DNA of 35,357 nucleotides from Phoronis australis (lineage: Eukaryota > Animalia > Phoronida), in assembly GCA_002633005.1 (NCBI GenBank), contig NMRA01001221.1:1-35357 (forward strand), written 5' to 3'. This document shows, piece by piece, positions 33,648 through 35,357 of the stretch. The notes beneath the pieces are model-generated. The model was given only the letters and a program-made list of their open reading frames with translations. It did not search any database and was not told the DNA's origin. Positions within the stretch are counted from its first letter, which is position 1. Each line of letters begins with the position of its first letter. A program made the translations under genes and the position numbers.

Positions 33648-35357
33648 TGTTTTGGAGGTTTCTGAACTCAGCTGACTGCTCTGTATATGATTAACAATGA
33701 AGCCCGGACCCCGCTCGCCAGGTCTAGTCTTGTCAGGAGGTGTACGTGTTATCACCAGGACTCTAAACTCACTCAATTCCTCACCCACAGGCTTGTAAAG
33801 TTGTTTTTGTTGTTGTTTAGGTTATACTTTGTTACTTGTTTGAAAACTTGTTGCTTCTACCGCAATGTGATACGAAGCAATTGTTGTTGATGAAAACCTA
33901 CCCCTTGTCGAAAGTAGTTCTGCTAGGTTTCAGTAACCCTTTGAAGCCTGGTAGATAATGGGGCTATTCAGAGAATTCTCCTCGCGGTGTCGCTGCTGTA
34001 CTAGTGGTGATTGAATTGCGCATGCGTGGCTGTCTGCATGTAAACAACTGGTAAAAGATGGGATTTTTATCAAAATACGTCGTCGCGCTAAGCCTTATTA
34101 CTGCTAATTTCCGTGGTGCAAGTCTTCGACAGGTGGCCACAAATTCCCAAAAGACCTAAGGTTACTATATTTGTGGACAATTGCGGTCAACAGGGTCAAC
34201 TAACTGACAAAAAGTGTGTGGATGCTGAAGCCCCGTGTGTGCTCTATGTCTATGACTATGCAGTTCCATTCGGAGACTACACAACAGTACTTGATAAGTT
34301 TTTAGCAATCAGTTTCTATCAACATCGTTCGGTGATGTAATCCCCACCAGTTACCCCACTGATTAACAGTTTTATTGAGTCGAACTAAGTGTTTCTTTTT
34401 GGAAACTCACCCGATGCCGGGTAGGCTAGCAGCACATATTCATATTCGTCCTGGGTGGGAGTGCTCCCAAAGTAAGAGGTGTATGGTACGTGATGCACAG
34501 AAGTCAAGAGTGACTTTTTCACAGCAGTTTCTCTTCAAAATTATGCTGTTTCCAATAAATTCTCTAGATGAGTGAGTTTCCGTATTTTATCGTGGACCCC
34601 ACCCCCAGGACCACCAGGTCAGTTATCGAATTAACTTGAATAAACCTTAATTCAGTAAATGTCGTAACATTGCATTGGAAAAAAAAATGACACCTAGAAT
34701 GAATTTTACTTGTTGAGATCAGAAGCACATTTTAAGTTTCATGAAAAATACACATTGTTAAATCACTCTTAGCCTGTTTCACATATTTTAATCAGTCAGA
34801 TATTAAATAAGACTGGGTACAAAGATTATTAGTTTCTACATATAAACATGAAGATGAAATGTCAAGTATGTTCTGCCTTACAAAAGTAGTTTTGTCTTGT
34901 CTTTTCTTTTACAATTTGCTAATATTTCTATTCGGTTTCAGGCAAGAAAAGACAACTGAAACCAACCGCCTGACCATCTATTTCACCGTTGGACAAAGTG
35001 AAAAGCAATCCTTCAGCAATAAACTGAGAGAATTGAACGCAATTCAGAAATTCAGCACCTGATATGCCTGATTATGGACTCCCTCGAAATGTTGTTTCTT
35101 TCTGTACTTTTTCAGTTTGCCATTTGTTTTTAAATACACTGATAATTGTTTATTCTCGAATCTTGTGCATAGCAGAGTCTTATCCAGCTAGCTATAATTG
35201 AAAACATACAATAAGACAATCGATGCAGTCACTGAATGTCATTTCCCCATAATCTGTACCAAATTGAAAACTTTTTACCAATAGTATAAAGCCTTTCTTC
35301 TGAAAGGAAAATTTAATGTCACTCAGCTTTTGGCTTTCATTTCACTGGGTTCTAGTT

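Noticed and set aside
34594-34617. Extra collagen exon (PPGPPG|gtcagt)
   Set aside because: The Gly-Pro-Pro frame has an upstream stop and only two triplets, and it lies 19 kb past the collagen stop

Overview
AT-rich, repeat-laden genomic DNA from an animal, most likely an invertebrate. The main gene is the 3' part of a type IV collagen-like gene on the + strand. I read 11 phase-compatible GT-AG exons (2724-15781; 1,968 nt, 655 aa visible): about 413 residues of interrupted Gly-X-Y followed by a complete 12-Cys NC1 domain. The 5' end and signal peptide are not visible. The chain is unusual. A segment matching the collagen IV 7S region in exact triplet register lies only ~280 residues from the NC1, versus ~1,300 in canonical chains. 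Both sulfilimine cross-link positions (Met93, Lys211) are substituted, the ASRND chloride motif reads ASRTA, and an N-glycosylation sequon sits next to the Met93 position. Together these suggest a short, possibly non-network-forming collagen IV paralogue. Downstream are an orphan 347-aa + strand ORF with a Cys/His cluster and a few candidate - strand exons. The rest is repeats: a 16x60-bp minisatellite, MITEs, a Kolobok-like element carrying a THAP remnant, tRNA-derived SINE heads, a Penelope GIY-YIG remnant, two decayed LINE RT copies, compound microsatellites and a degenerate hammerhead-like motif. Comparisons to human proteins are from recalled sequences, not from database searches.
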